Source: Takakia lepidozioides
Taxonomy: Eukaryota; Plantae; Bryophyta
DNA length: 64,000 nucleotides
Direction: 5' to 3'
Assembly (NCBI GenBank): GCA_030704615.1
Contig: CM060731.1
Location: forward strand, 1,860,001 to 1,924,000
Part shown: positions 51,930 through 63,200 of the stretch, one piece after another
Numbering within the stretch: position 1 is the first letter of the stretch
Layout of the letters: each line of letters starts with the position of its first letter
Translations under genes and position numbers: made by a program
The notes under the pieces: generated by a model
Seen by the model: the letters and a program-made list of their open reading frames with translations, nothing else
The model's database searches: none
What the model was told of the DNA's origin: nothing

Positions 51930-52646
51930 GCCAGGGCTGCCAGGCTAGGCTCCCATTTGCATATTACAAACACAAATGAATATGACGTGGTCTTGCTTCA
52001 TCCCTTCCCACATCATTTGCTCCTAGGTTTCCAAAGCCTTAATCCCGTTGGGCTTCACCCCTTCGCGCAGCAGTTGCTCATAGGTCTCCAAAGCATTCCT
52101 ACCACACCCATGTTAAATCCTGCCAACATTATATTCAACGTGATCAAAGTTCGTTGAGGCATTCCGTTGAATACTCGGTGTGCATTCATGATGCTCTTGC
52201 ACTTAACATACATGTTCACAAGGGTGTTGAGGAGAAAAACACTTGGCGTGAATCCACTTTGGATAATCTGAGTGTGCACCTGCTTTCCAACTTCCAGACC
52301 CTTCAATTTGATGCACTTAAGCAAGAGACAGACATACATATCTGAATCTGCTGAAATGCTCCTTGGTTTAAAGGTTGTAGAGCCTCTTTCAGTCTGCCTG
52401 CCTCACAAAGCATCTTCACATGCCCAAAAGAGCTAGAAGAGGCATTATGGACTCCCTCTCTTGATCCTCTTTTAGAAGCTGTGGTCATGGTTGAGGTGCC
52501 TGATTTAAATCAGGGCTGTCAGGCCTGCAATGCATACAAACATGAGGTGGCCGGGCTGAACCCCTTCCCCCATCATTTGCTCATAGGTCTCCAAAGCCTC
52601 CATCCCACGTCCCTGTTGTGCATACCCTGCAAGCATCGCACTCCAT
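51930..52646 (-). pseudogene. Scrambled PPR gene fragments
   Basis: VKMLCEAGRLKEAL, GKQVHTQIIQSGFTPSVFLLNTLVNMYVKCKS and WSAMLAGYAQQGRGMEALETYEQMM, with frameshifts and out-of-order pieces. Confidence 0.85.
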
Positions 52647-54977
52647 TCTCCCTTTTGGAGAAAGGTCGTCTGTCTTTCGAGCCACCATTCTTCCTAGCAT
52701 GGAGGAACCCTGGGGCTGACTCCATGTACACTGACGATATTGTGAAGGAGTGGCATCTGGAACATTTGCGTGATTGCCCTTGGTATGTGGACCTTCCGCC
52801 CGGCTCGCTCGACCCATCCGAGTTTCAATTGAAGCTGGATGCTGAATTCCGACGAAACCGGGCTCCGCTGCCTCCATTGGGTGCAAAAGAGGCAAAAGCG
52901 CTTGCGAACTCCAGGAAAGCGGCAGAGCTTGCTCAGGCAGGAATTCAGGAGAAATTGCATGAGAAGAGTAAAGGTCAAAGGAAAAGGACAAGGAAACAGG
53001 TGACTGCAGTAACACCCAAAAAGAAGAAAACCATCGGGGCATCGGAGGAGGCGCAGGAGGGGACCCAAGAGAGTGACTCGGACGACGACTTCGTTCAAGG
53101 TCCTTCGACTGCTGTTGCTCCTACCCAGTCACCGGTCGTCCGGGTTCCCAAGTCAGTTCGGAGTGGGACTGGCTCTGCCAAGAAGTTGGCATTTGAGGGC
53201 GAGCCTACACGCCGGTATTCGGCGGTGACGTTTACGCACAGGCCAAAACTAGAACCTCCAACCATCATCCAATGCGTCAATGAGAGCTTCCTTGACGCTC
53301 TCGCTGCCAGGGCGAAGAAGGTGGCACACAACAAGTCTCTGGCGGAGTAGAAGGGGAAAGCCAAGAAGAGGGCTGGCGGTACAGAGCCTAAAGACACCCC
53401 TGGTTTTGAAGCCATGATGGAATTCTTCACGGCTGTGAGCACGAATTGCAAGAGCACTCGGGGGGGGGTTGAGGTGGAGAGAGCTTGCGACATGATTCTC
53501 CTCGACATTCCAGATGGGGAGCTGCTGGAGGGCCTGGATGGTGTGCCCACCTGGAACAGGTTTACTGAGGACTACTGGAAAGCCGGGTTTGGGCTGGCGG
53601 GGATGCTTCTGGATGACGGTGGATGTGTGGTTGTCATTGCCACGAGAGGGAAGACCATAGAGAATGCGGTGGCAAGGTGGACACCGAAAAGTGTCACCCC
53701 GGTCCTCCTCAGAAAATGGTTCTGCATCAGTACGCAGGGGTTGCAAACAGAGGGCCAAAGTGTAAGTTATCAATCTTTTGCATTCACTTCATATTGTGGT
53801 GTATGTTAAGTAGACCCTGGAGTTGATCCCTTCTTTGTTGGATGTGCAGACATTGGTGTTTGAGGCATATTGCTTTGTGAAGAGAGGGTCTACGTTCAAA
53901 TTCCGCAACGACGGTCGTCTTGTTGATGCCGCTGTGGACCCTGTAACCTACGATGTCCTCTACAACTATGTGCCCCACTCCAGTATGCCGAAGGACACAA
54001 AGACAGGCAAACCGTGGCGGTACAGCCGGACCCGGAGCCCTGCTTTCATCCAAACCCTCATGGAGACGTGCTCGGATGTCCAAGGGCGGATTATGGACCT
54101 CACATGTGGCACGGGTAAGCCTTCACGTGCTCAGTTTGTCCCCTGGCCCGACTGCAATTGCATGCCGCAAGCTATTAACCGCCCGCTTTGTTCCTCAGGT
54201 GCTTCAATGTGGGCAGGGACGTTGTCCGACAGGCATGTGTTCGCCTTCGAGCCAGATACTGCCCTCCACAACTCGGAACTTGCAGCGGCTGAACGTCTGC
54301 CGAAAGAGGAAGAGGCATCCTCGGAGGATGAGGAAAAATCCGAGAAGGAGCAGGGGGAGGAAGTTGGGATCGAGGCCGAGGAGCCCCCGGTTTACGAGTG
54401 AGTGGTGGCATTGTAAGTTGCCTCCAGATTTCGTGAGGCACCTCCCTCCGCTCTCTTATTTCATTGAAAACCCTTTCTGGTTGTGCTGGTATTGACATTC
54501 TTGAAGTGGATTTGTTCTTAATGTAGGATGCCAAGTACTGCCGGAGGGACGTCTACACCGGAGTTCATGGGCAGGAGGAACGTGCCTTTTTTTGCCAGGG
54601 GGGATTTCATGCCTAGTCCAGAAAGGGAGTACATCCTTCCTACTTATGCTTCCCGGCTTGCTTCGGTGTCCATTAGGAGGTGTTCCGAACGTAGTTGTGT
54701 ACAGCAGATTTTAGACGAGGCAAGCCTCAAGAAAATGAAGATGAGGGAGGAGGCAGCAGCTATTAGAGCCCGTCGGGCTCGTAGATTTGTCTTGGATTCT
54801 GCTGAGGAAAGTGGGGGAGAAGACGCAGAAGATTCCCAGGAGGTGACGTGGACAGTCCCCCAAGGAGAGGACGGGATTTTTGAGAGGCATAGTGGAACTG
54901 ATGCATCACAGAGCTCGGAGGATGAGGGGGATGAGGAAGAAGGTGGGGCAAGTTCCTCGGAGGGTGTAGGAGAGTAG
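52647..54977 (+). pseudogene. Spliced beta-class N6-adenine/N4-cytosine DNA methyltransferase-like gene, 5'-truncated with one premature TAG at 53348; predicted exons <52647-53761, 53850-54114, 54199-54397, 54527-54977
   Basis: Three phase-consistent GT-AG introns. The spliced product has CDMILLDIPDG (motif IV-like), LLDDGGCVVVI, KWFC, FEAYCFVK, RSPAFIQTLMETCS (motif X), RIMDLTCGTGASMWAG (motif I) and RHVFAFEPD (motif II), i.e. the circularly permuted beta order. Confidence 0.75.
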
Positions 54978-55084
54978 TGCCCATTCCGGCTATGACAGTT
55001 AGAACACACTTGTATAGACGTGGCTTGCCACAAAATTTGCAATAAAATGTTGCATTTCAAGTCCACTGGTGCCACATTCCAACT

Positions 55085-55197
55085 TCACATGACCCTATTT
55101 CCGTGCCTCCTAACCCTATTTCCGTGGACTCACAATGGTCTGCTCATGCTTTTTTTTTTCCGCTCATGCTCATGCCGCTCATGAAATAGCAGCCCCC
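55085..55197. repeat. Short repeat cluster, possible DNA-transposon terminus downstream of the methyltransferase gene
   Basis: ACCCTATTTCCGTG twice and GCTCATG four times, ending in ATAGCAGCCCCC. Confidence 0.45.
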
Positions 55198-56365
55198 GTT
55201 GTTACACTGTTATTAGGAGAATGAGAGGGGACAGGGATATCTCACCTCAGGGTCAGAATGGTTGCTGTTCTTGTGTTCCTTTTCTTTGTTTTCAGTGTCT
55301 TCAGCCAGCAAAACAAGGCAGCCTTGGATGTTAAAACAGTGGAACCAGTGTAGAACTAGCTTAGTGGAATGAGGAAAACAAGGATGGTCATTCAGAAACT
55401 GATTTGAAGAGCTGAGAAGGGATGACGTGGATGGGGAAGAAAAGTCAATATTGTTTTGGGGTTTGGATCTGATTTCTAGAAGTGTTCTCAACATGTGAAT
55501 GACTGATGTTCGAAGTTGAGGAGAAAAAGAGAGCTGTCAGGGTGTGTGATTTGAGATCTGTAGAAGGGTTGTGAAGCACCTTGACCAAACAGGATCCACT
55601 TGGGGAAAGGTAGTGCAAGGACCAGTCACTGGAAAGAGAGAGAGAGAGAGAGAGAGACTGACAGAGGGGCAGATCATCTCTTGTGTGACCAAGGTTGACT
55701 TCAATGATGGATGCACTGGATGCCTGGCTGGATGTGCATTGCATTGCATCGTAGCCATGCTGTTGTGGAGAAAAGTGAGGAATCCACACATGAAAGAAAA
55801 AGAGTGTCAGAGAAAGAAAAAGTGAAGAAGGGAGAAAGGGTTGATGAGGGATGGACAAATGGAGAGGCAAGGTCAAGAAGACATGAACCCTGAATGATCA
55901 AACTAGTGGGCCTGCAGTTCATGGCAGATCTGAGCTGCCCATCCACCTAGACCGTGATCTCATTACAAAAAGGGGCTTCCGACGTGTTGCTGACCAAGGG
56001 AACTGCCCACAAGGGCAGTGTTTCATCACTGACATAGGGCTGATTGCATCATTGAATACATAGCACCAGCATAGCTGGTGCTGTACCTGCAGGAAGGGGA
56101 TGTTGTGTAAAAGGTAGAACCAAGAGTGAACAACAATTTGACTCCCCATCCATGTCTTCTCTTCCGCTGCGGCGTGGATGAGGATTACTTGAACTCTGAT
56201 CAAGAAGGAGCTGAGGGAAACCCACAGCCAAGTGACGACAGTTGGACAGACTAGAAGAACGTTTCTTTCTTTTGCTCCGCTTAGAATGGAGGGGAGCACA
56301 ACTAGAATTATACAGAAGGGGATTCACGCCCCTTCTTTTCACACTACACGGGGCTGTTACAACCC

Positions 56366-57469
56366 TTGCCGATTCCAGAGGGGACTTGGGAAAGCGTCTC
56401 GATGGATTTCATGACTGCTATGCCGCTGTCAAAAGGATTCGATGCAATCATGGTGGTGGTGGATAGGTTCAGTGAAATGGGCCATTTCATCCCCACCAAG
56501 GAGACGACAACGGCGCAGGAGACAGGGCGACTTTACTTCGCCCACGTCTTAAAGCATCATGGAGTCCCTAAGGATATTGTCTCGGATCGCGATCCAAAGT
56601 TTACGAGTAAATTTTGGAGGACACTTTGGAAGAAGATGGGGACGAGGCTGAAGATGAGCACCGCCTTCCGACCTACGACCGACGGCCAAACAGAAAGGGT
56701 GAATTCCGTAGTGAAGCAGATCTTGCGGAATTACGTGTCGGCAGACCAAACAGACTGGGTGGAACACTTAGACGCGGTAGAGTTCTGTTATAATAACACA
56801 GAACACTCCGCAACGGGAGTTTCCCCTTTCGTATTGGTCTATGGAAAAGCACCTCTGGTGCCGACAAGTTGGGCCGCCCAGGACGTTGAGGAACCGGCAG
56901 TAGCGGCGGTACTGGAAGAACGCGAGTGTTTGTTGAAGCTCGCAAAGTACAACATTGCCAAAACCAGGAAACGGTATGAAAGGCAGGCGAATCGGAAGCG
57001 GAGGGAAGTGAAGTTTGAGGCAGGCACAGAGGTCTGGTTGAACATCAAGAATTTCCGACTACCTCCGGAAGTGAGTCCGAAGTTCGTACCTCCGTATGCG
57101 GGACCCTTTCGCATTCGGAAGGTTATGAATGAGGATGTGTATGAATTGAAGCTGCCAGCAAACAGCAAGGTGCACCCAGTATTCCATGTCTCCTTTTTGA
57201 AGCCTTACTTCAAAGATGAAGCGCGTCCGAATCGGCATCAAGTGTTGCGTCCGCCACCTATGCTGTTGGATCATGAAAATGAACCTGAGTACGAGGTGGA
57301 GGCAATACTTAAGTCGAGGAGGTTCAAGAACCGAGAAACGGAGTATCTCGTCAAATGGAAGGGCTATCATCATGTGGAGGCATCTTGGGTGCGTGCCTCA
57401 GAAATGGGAAACGCATTCGAGGCGGTTGCAGCTTTCGAAGGGCGACCTCAAAAGCGGAAGAAACGTTGA
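56366..57469 (+). CDS. Integrase core, GPY/F and chromodomain (open frame, N-terminally truncated pol)
   Basis: WESVSMDF, VVVDRFS, IVSDRDPKFTS, TDGQTERVN, YAGPFRI, VHPVFHVS and YLVKWKGY. Confidence 0.9.
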   Translation: MPIPEGTWESVSMDFMTAMPLSKGFDAIMVVVDRFSEMGHFIPTKETTTAQETGRLYFAHVLKHHGVPKDIVSDRDPKFTSKFWRTLWKKMGTRLKMSTAFRPTTDGQTERVNSVVKQILRNYVSADQTDWVEHLDAVEFCYNNTEHSATGVSPFVLVYGKAPLVPTSWAAQDVEEPAVAAVLEERECLLKLAKYNIAKTRKRYERQANRKRREVKFEAGTEVWLNIKNFRLPPEVSPKFVPPYAGPFRIRKVMNEDVYELKLPANSKVHPVFHVSFLKPYFKDEARPNRHQVLRPPPMLLDHENEPEYEVEAILKSRRFKNRETEYLVKWKGYHHVEASWVRASEMGNAFEAVAAFEGRPQKRKKR

Positions 57470-58374
57470 TGGGGACATCAACCTTGGAGCGTGGGGGAGG
57501 AAATGCATGCTTAGCCCGACTTAGCTAGCTTAGGAATCCGATTACAAAAACTTGTATTGTACAAAAATTTGTTATAAAGGAAATGGGTTCCAAATGTTGT
57601 GCGTCCTATTTTGTTTGGAATGGTGATGCATGGTATGGTTGGCTAGTGTGTAGAATGCATGCTAGCTTATAAAAGTGGGAGAGGTAAATTGGGTTAATCG
57701 TGTGTTTGCGTAGTGCCGAAATCGGGTGACCCCCATCCAAGGGGCAAGGAAACTTGCGACTTCTTTGGGAGTTCACGTGCTAGTGCGCACCTGGCGCGTG
57801 CGCGTACTATAACTGCGCTACCGAGGGGGTTGCCTTGTAGTGCGGGCTAACGCGGAAGCTACGTGCTTCCGTTCACGTACTATAATCGTGTAGCCTCGAG
57901 ACGAAGTCGTAGTGTGGCTTCGGCGTGTTCCCGTACCTCAGGCCAACATTCCAAGGCGGACCCAATTGTAGTGATTGGGGCGCACGGTTGGTTCAAGGTT
58001 ATCTTCCTAGTCAAAGAGGGTTCCAGGGAACCCTTGCTCAAGGTGATGCCAAAAGCGGCATCATGAGCAATCGCAAGCAATGTTGTTGCAGTAAGGCGTT
58101 TCGATCCTCGGGGAGGATCGTTCCTTGGCCTTGAAGTAGGCCAAGAAGAGTGCACTGGGAGGAGCTGGAGAGGCTCCACCCCTGGCCGGGACTTGGAGGA
58201 AGTCGGCCGAACTAGCTAGTGGAGAGTAGAGTCAAGTGTGGGGTTTGGTTCTTTGCCATGGGACGCCATGGTGCGGAAACAAACTCCTTGATGTGGGACG
58301 CCACAACTTGGATGTTCGTTTCTACAAAATGGACAAGTCGATGAGGACATCGACTCCCTGTTGGTAGGGGTGTG

Positions 58375-59099
58375 TGTCGCGGCCCTTTGCCTTGAGGGCA
58401 GGGGGTCGGGACACATGAGGGGCTGCCCCTGTAGTGGGGCATCGGCAGCGATAGGTATGGGGGGCTGAAGCACCCTTGAGTGCCCAAGGCACTCAAGGAG
58501 GCGGAGGCGCTCACTAGGTGGAGCCCCGCACACCGGGTTGCGGTGGGGGTGGCTCCACAAGGGGTGGTGGTACCTTAGCGGGACTTAGTGGGGGTGGCAT
58601 AGGACTCACCATGGGGGCGGAGACCTCGTGGTGGGAGTCGTGGGGAGCCTTGGGACTCATCACGGTCCATAGGGGCCGTGATGAGTGGGCCAAGACTCAC
58701 CGCGACTCATCACCGGGAGTCGAGGGTTTTCGTGGTGGTTCGCCATAAAATGGCATGGCTGGTTATGAAACCCCCGCGGACAGCTACAGAAGTATATATA
58801 GGGAGTAGTAACCCCGAGAACGGTGCAAGCCCGTTGGTGACCAAAAACTAGCGAGTAAGCGAACGAGCCGGAAAGCGACCAAAGAGTGGGGAGCTGTTCC
58901 GGACTGCCATCTACCAAAGGGAATTCTCCTAGTCCCAAATAGGTGGAGGGTTTAGAGGGAAGCGAAGGGGGACCGTTATGTCCCGGTGAGCAGCCGAAGC
59001 TCCAAGTTGGCCCGGGCGGCCAGGTTGGGAGTCAGGCGCGCGCATCAAAGCGAGTAACTATGACTTGAAGGGGAGCTTACCGAAGTGAGGTGCGCGACA
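58375..59099 (+). repeat. 3' LTR of the second chromovirus copy
   Basis: TGTCGCG...CGCGACA ends; reverse complement of 27070-27796; preceded by TGGTAGGGG. Confidence 0.95.
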
Positions 59100-59511
59100 C
59101 TGAATCACTGCTGGAAGGAGTGGGAAGGAGCACTTCTTGGAGAGACTTCGGACATCACTGGGGGAAAGGAGGAGAGAGTGTATCTCTGAGCAGAAAGATG
59201 GAGAGCACGGAATAGGAGGAGGATCTGTTGATGCTTAATGAATGCAGGCAGTAGAATTGTAATGTAGAGCAGATTAGAGACTCCATGGCTTCAGCCTGAT
59301 ACTTGATAGATATTCATCTGATACACACCTCATACTCATACTGTGTAGAGAGATCTGAGTGAAGCTGTGGAATGAATTGATGAGTTGATGGAATCCGATA
59401 AATTGATGAAGCAAACTGATACTTAATTACCAGCAGTAAGGTAACTAGCTAACATGAATGCGGGAAGGAAAACAAATAGGAAACACCCCCATGATACACT
59501 AGTTGTAGGTC

Positions 59512-60207
59512 ATGACTGATTGTTCTGAGCGGGCTGAGTACTTAGAGATTTCCAACTCTTCTATCTTGGAGTTTCCGCCTCGGATAGCGAAGGGATGGGT
59601 GAGTAAAAGTCGCGCGACATTTGGCGACCATAATGGGGAGCTGGGTCAGGAACAACCAGATGTGACAGGCATCTGGTGGGATCATGGTGGATGGAGAATT
59701 AAAGAATTTGATGTGAATCAAATTCCTTGTGAAACTGAGAAGGAAAGATTGTCGAAACGATTCTTCCAGAGGTTTTTGGAATTGCCAGACGGTTGTAAAG
59801 AAAACATTCTTAAGAGAGTGCATGATGCTGACCCAGAGTGGGGTCTGGAGAAAGGAGTGATAAAGATTTATTAGGTGGCCTGTAGAGGAAGAGCACGTTG
59901 GTTACCAACATTGGTTTACGTGATAGCATTGCTATCCATTAAGCGAGTAGAGTTTGAAGGCTGGGAGGAAAGAAAGGTGAATGTTTATACTCATATGCAT
60001 GAAGAGCTTGTACTGGTAAAGAATTGGATTCCAAAGGATATTTTGTGGATCAAACTCACACCAAGAACAGCTTTTCAGACTTGTTTGCCATATGGTTATA
60101 TGGTAACGGAGACTTCAAGTATAGCCAAGGGTGCATTGAAGCTTGAAAGAAACCCAGGTATATACGAGAGATATTACAGAAGAGAGTTTTGGTTATTGGC
60201 ACATTAA
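59512..60207 (+). pseudogene. Extra ORF (~230 codons, one in-frame TAG at 59872) upstream of gag; function unknown
   Basis: ORFs 59512-59874 and 59875-60207 are the same frame. It begins with ATG and ends 21 nt before the gag ATG. Confidence 0.55.
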
Positions 60208-60228
60208 AAGAAATGAAAGACATGGGAC

Positions 60229-63200
60229 ATGAGTGATGAAAGAGAAGCTAGACGCCAGAGATATTCAGCAAAAAGAGAAAGCTATCTGAAAGCTAATTAT
60301 CCATATCTTTGGGAGAGAGGAATAGACATAGGGGAATCATCTGGACCTCTCACACCATTAAGATCAAAGAGTACATCACCCATACCGGAAGAACTAGAGT
60401 TGGATGCCACTCCTTCTGTTTCTTTGCAAGAAAGATTAAGGGAATTGGTACAGGAAGAAGATCAATCACGAGGTGAAAGATCTGAGGTACATCCCTGGAT
60501 AAAAGATTTGACAGAAATCTTTGATAAGAGTTGGCATGGAACACCAAAAGCAGGAACTCCAGTTTCTGAAGCGGAAGGTAAAGAAGGAGGAGAGGATGTG
60601 GCAGAGCCAACGGAGAGTTCAGACTCTCCAACACCATTACAGTTGAGTTACATGAGTGAAGAAGAAACCCAAGGGCAGAACTTGGAGGATGAAAACAGAG
60701 AGAAGAAATTGGAAGAGGAAGAATATGAAGAAGTAGACCCAATAGCTGAGGTTGAGACTACAACCAGGACATCCCAACCCGTTGGACCTGGATCAAGTGG
60801 AGCACTTGGATCACAGGCCAACGAAGGTGTCGGCTCAGGGGGATCAGGCGGGCTGCGTGGATCTGGCTCTGGGGGGATAGGGAGTGTGGGAAGTAGTGCA
60901 ACTGAAGCTGGGAATACTGTGAATATCGTGGGGCCAGAAGCAGGGAGTGCTCAAGGGCCACCACTTGGTGGAAGATCCACCACAACAACAATAGGTCCAG
61001 AAGGACCAGCACCAGCAAGGGTGCCAGCACCTGTCAGTGGGCAGAAAGTAGGGCCACAGATGGCGTTACAACCAACACGGGCAAAACCACCTTTTTCAAT
61101 ATATTCAGGAAAAGGGGATCCCGATGTACATATTAGCCAATTTGAGCACATGTGTATAGTGAACAATGAGAATGGCGATGATGCCAAGATGAGATTGTTT
61201 CCTTGTTCACTTATAAAAAAAGCAAGTGAATGGTATGCAAGATTCCCTGATAATCATTTCCTAACCTGGAATGGCTTGAATACAGCATTCCAAAATAGGT
61301 TCAGGACAAGTAAAACTGAGGATGAAGTGTATGGGAGTTTACAACAGTTAAAGCAAAAGAAGCATGAAACTGTTGAGGAGTATATGGAAAGATGGAATTG
61401 ATGATGAAAAAGCTGGCTGCAGTACCAGCACCAGGGTTACAGAAGACTTGGTTTGTGAGTGGACTAAGACCAGAGTTGCAAAAAAGTGGATATGTTACCC
61501 CATAATACAGTGGAGGAGGCATTTGAAACTGCAAACAGAATTGAGCAATTGGGGATGCTCAGGAGAGAGAAAGGGATGATGAGGACTCTGAGGATGAGTC
61601 AGATGAAGAAGAAGAGCAAGAACTAAAAAGGAAGAGTAAGAGAAAGGAGAAGTTGAAGAGGGATAACTATGAGAAAAGATTGGAAGAAATCTTGAAGAAG
61701 TATGCCACAGAGGTTGCAACACATTGGAGGAAGGGTGTATGGTGTGCAAAGTGCCAGAATGAAGGCCATACCACCACAGAATGCCACATGAAGGAGAAAC
61801 ACTGTACTATCTGTAAAATGGATAACCATTCTACTGAGAATTGTTACTACAACAGAAGGACAGTTGCAAGAGAACCTAGGCAAGTAAGGGTGCATCAGGT
61901 GCAGCCCCAGCCAAGAAGAAACAATGATCAGGACCACTATGGTAGCCCTGGTGGTTATAACAATGGCATGGAAGGGAGAGGTAATTCAAGAGGGAATTAC
62001 CAAGGAAATTCCAGAGGCAACTATCACGGTAATCCAAGGGGGAATTACCAGCCCGGGAATCAGGATTACAGAAATAATCCAAGAGCAGACCAAGGGCGAG
62101 GACCCAATGATGAAGAACTATGTTACTATTGTAATCAGCCAGGACATCGCAAGGCAAGCCTGTTCATTCTGGATTAGACACCAGAATGAGATGAGAGCTC
62201 CTGTGAATGAGGGCCCAGTGGTGGCAGCTCACATGGTTAGGCCATGTGTTGTACCAGAAGTAAGTACAATGATAGTAACAAGAAGTAAAGCCAAACTAAT
62301 ACCTCCAGTAGTAGAGGAAGAAGATGATAATGAAGGTGGCAGTGATATGCCGAAGATGATGAGGCTTGGAGAGATGAAAGGAACTGCACAAGGAAGTGGC
62401 AGATACCATAAGGGAAATGCAGAAGAGTACTGATATTCCTGTGGCAGATTCCTCTGATTCTGATGGAGAAGAAGAAGTGAGCGAGGATGAAAGGAAGAAA
62501 GAAGATGCAGACATGCAAAGTAATGAAGAGACTTTGGCTGAAGTAATATGCCAGACCAAAGCAGAGATTACCATTGGACAGCTATTGGCTGTGGCACCTT
62601 ATTGTAGGCACAGGCTGTATCAAGCAATCAATCGAATTGCCCAGGAGACCGGAAACACAGACCTGAACAGCAAGGTGACCAGTTATACTGTGAAGCCGGA
62701 AGGGCAAGAAACAGTCATGGACTTTGATGATTCTCTGCCAGTAATCCAATTGAGAATTGGAAGCACAGAACTAACTGATGTACTGATAGATGGAGGTTCT
62801 GGAGTAAATATCATGACAGACCAATTAAGGAAGAAGCTTGGTCTAAGTAACATGAAACCAGCCCCATTTAGGGTATTCCATGACTGGAATTCTCAGTTAC
62901 TAACCGTGCATAATGGGATACACGAGATACAAATTACCACAAAGAAATCTAGTAGATTACCTGCTACGAGAAGACCTCGAGGAGTCAGAGAGTATGACTA
63001 GAGATGAGGACTGGATGAGGAGCAGGAAGCTACCCTATTTGCTGCACACCCAGAGTGGGAGCAGGTTGCAGAGATGCGGCTGGAAAGCCTAAGTTGTTTA
63101 AGGGGTATCTGCTGTGGTGTAGTGTCAACAACACCGATTGAAGAGGAAACCAACAGTTACCCATCACATTTCTATGAAGAAAAAGAAGGAGAAATGGAAA

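Larger units (their letters stand above)
56349..59099 (+). mobile_element. 5'-truncated second copy of the chromovirus: integrase-chromodomain, long 3' UTR and 3' LTR
   Basis: High similarity to the reverse complement of ~27070-29830; starts abruptly at GLLQPLPIP. Confidence 0.95.
55208..59454 (+). repeat. Putative 5' LTR of the right-hand gypsy element (55208-~56348 plus 59100-59454), interrupted by the truncated chromovirus
   Basis: TGTTA at 55208 and TAACA at 59450-59454, purine-rich non-coding sequence on both sides of the insertion, and position directly upstream of the ORFs. No second LTR in the window and no canonical PBS. Confidence 0.35.

Noticed and set aside
52481-53350. 289-aa ORF as a single protein
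   Set aside because: Its first ~55 codons are the antisense of a PPR fragment. Only the part after ~52647 belongs to the methyltransferase-bearing frame, so the ORF is a chance junction.
53348-53350. Programmed read-through of the TAG in the methyltransferase frame (likewise at 59872)
   Set aside because: Single C>T-type nonsense changes are common in the decayed elements of this window; there is no evidence for recoding without other copies.
61975-62060. GNxRGNY peptide tandem repeat as a separate feature
   Set aside because: Low-complexity linker between gag zinc knuckles, common in retroelements.
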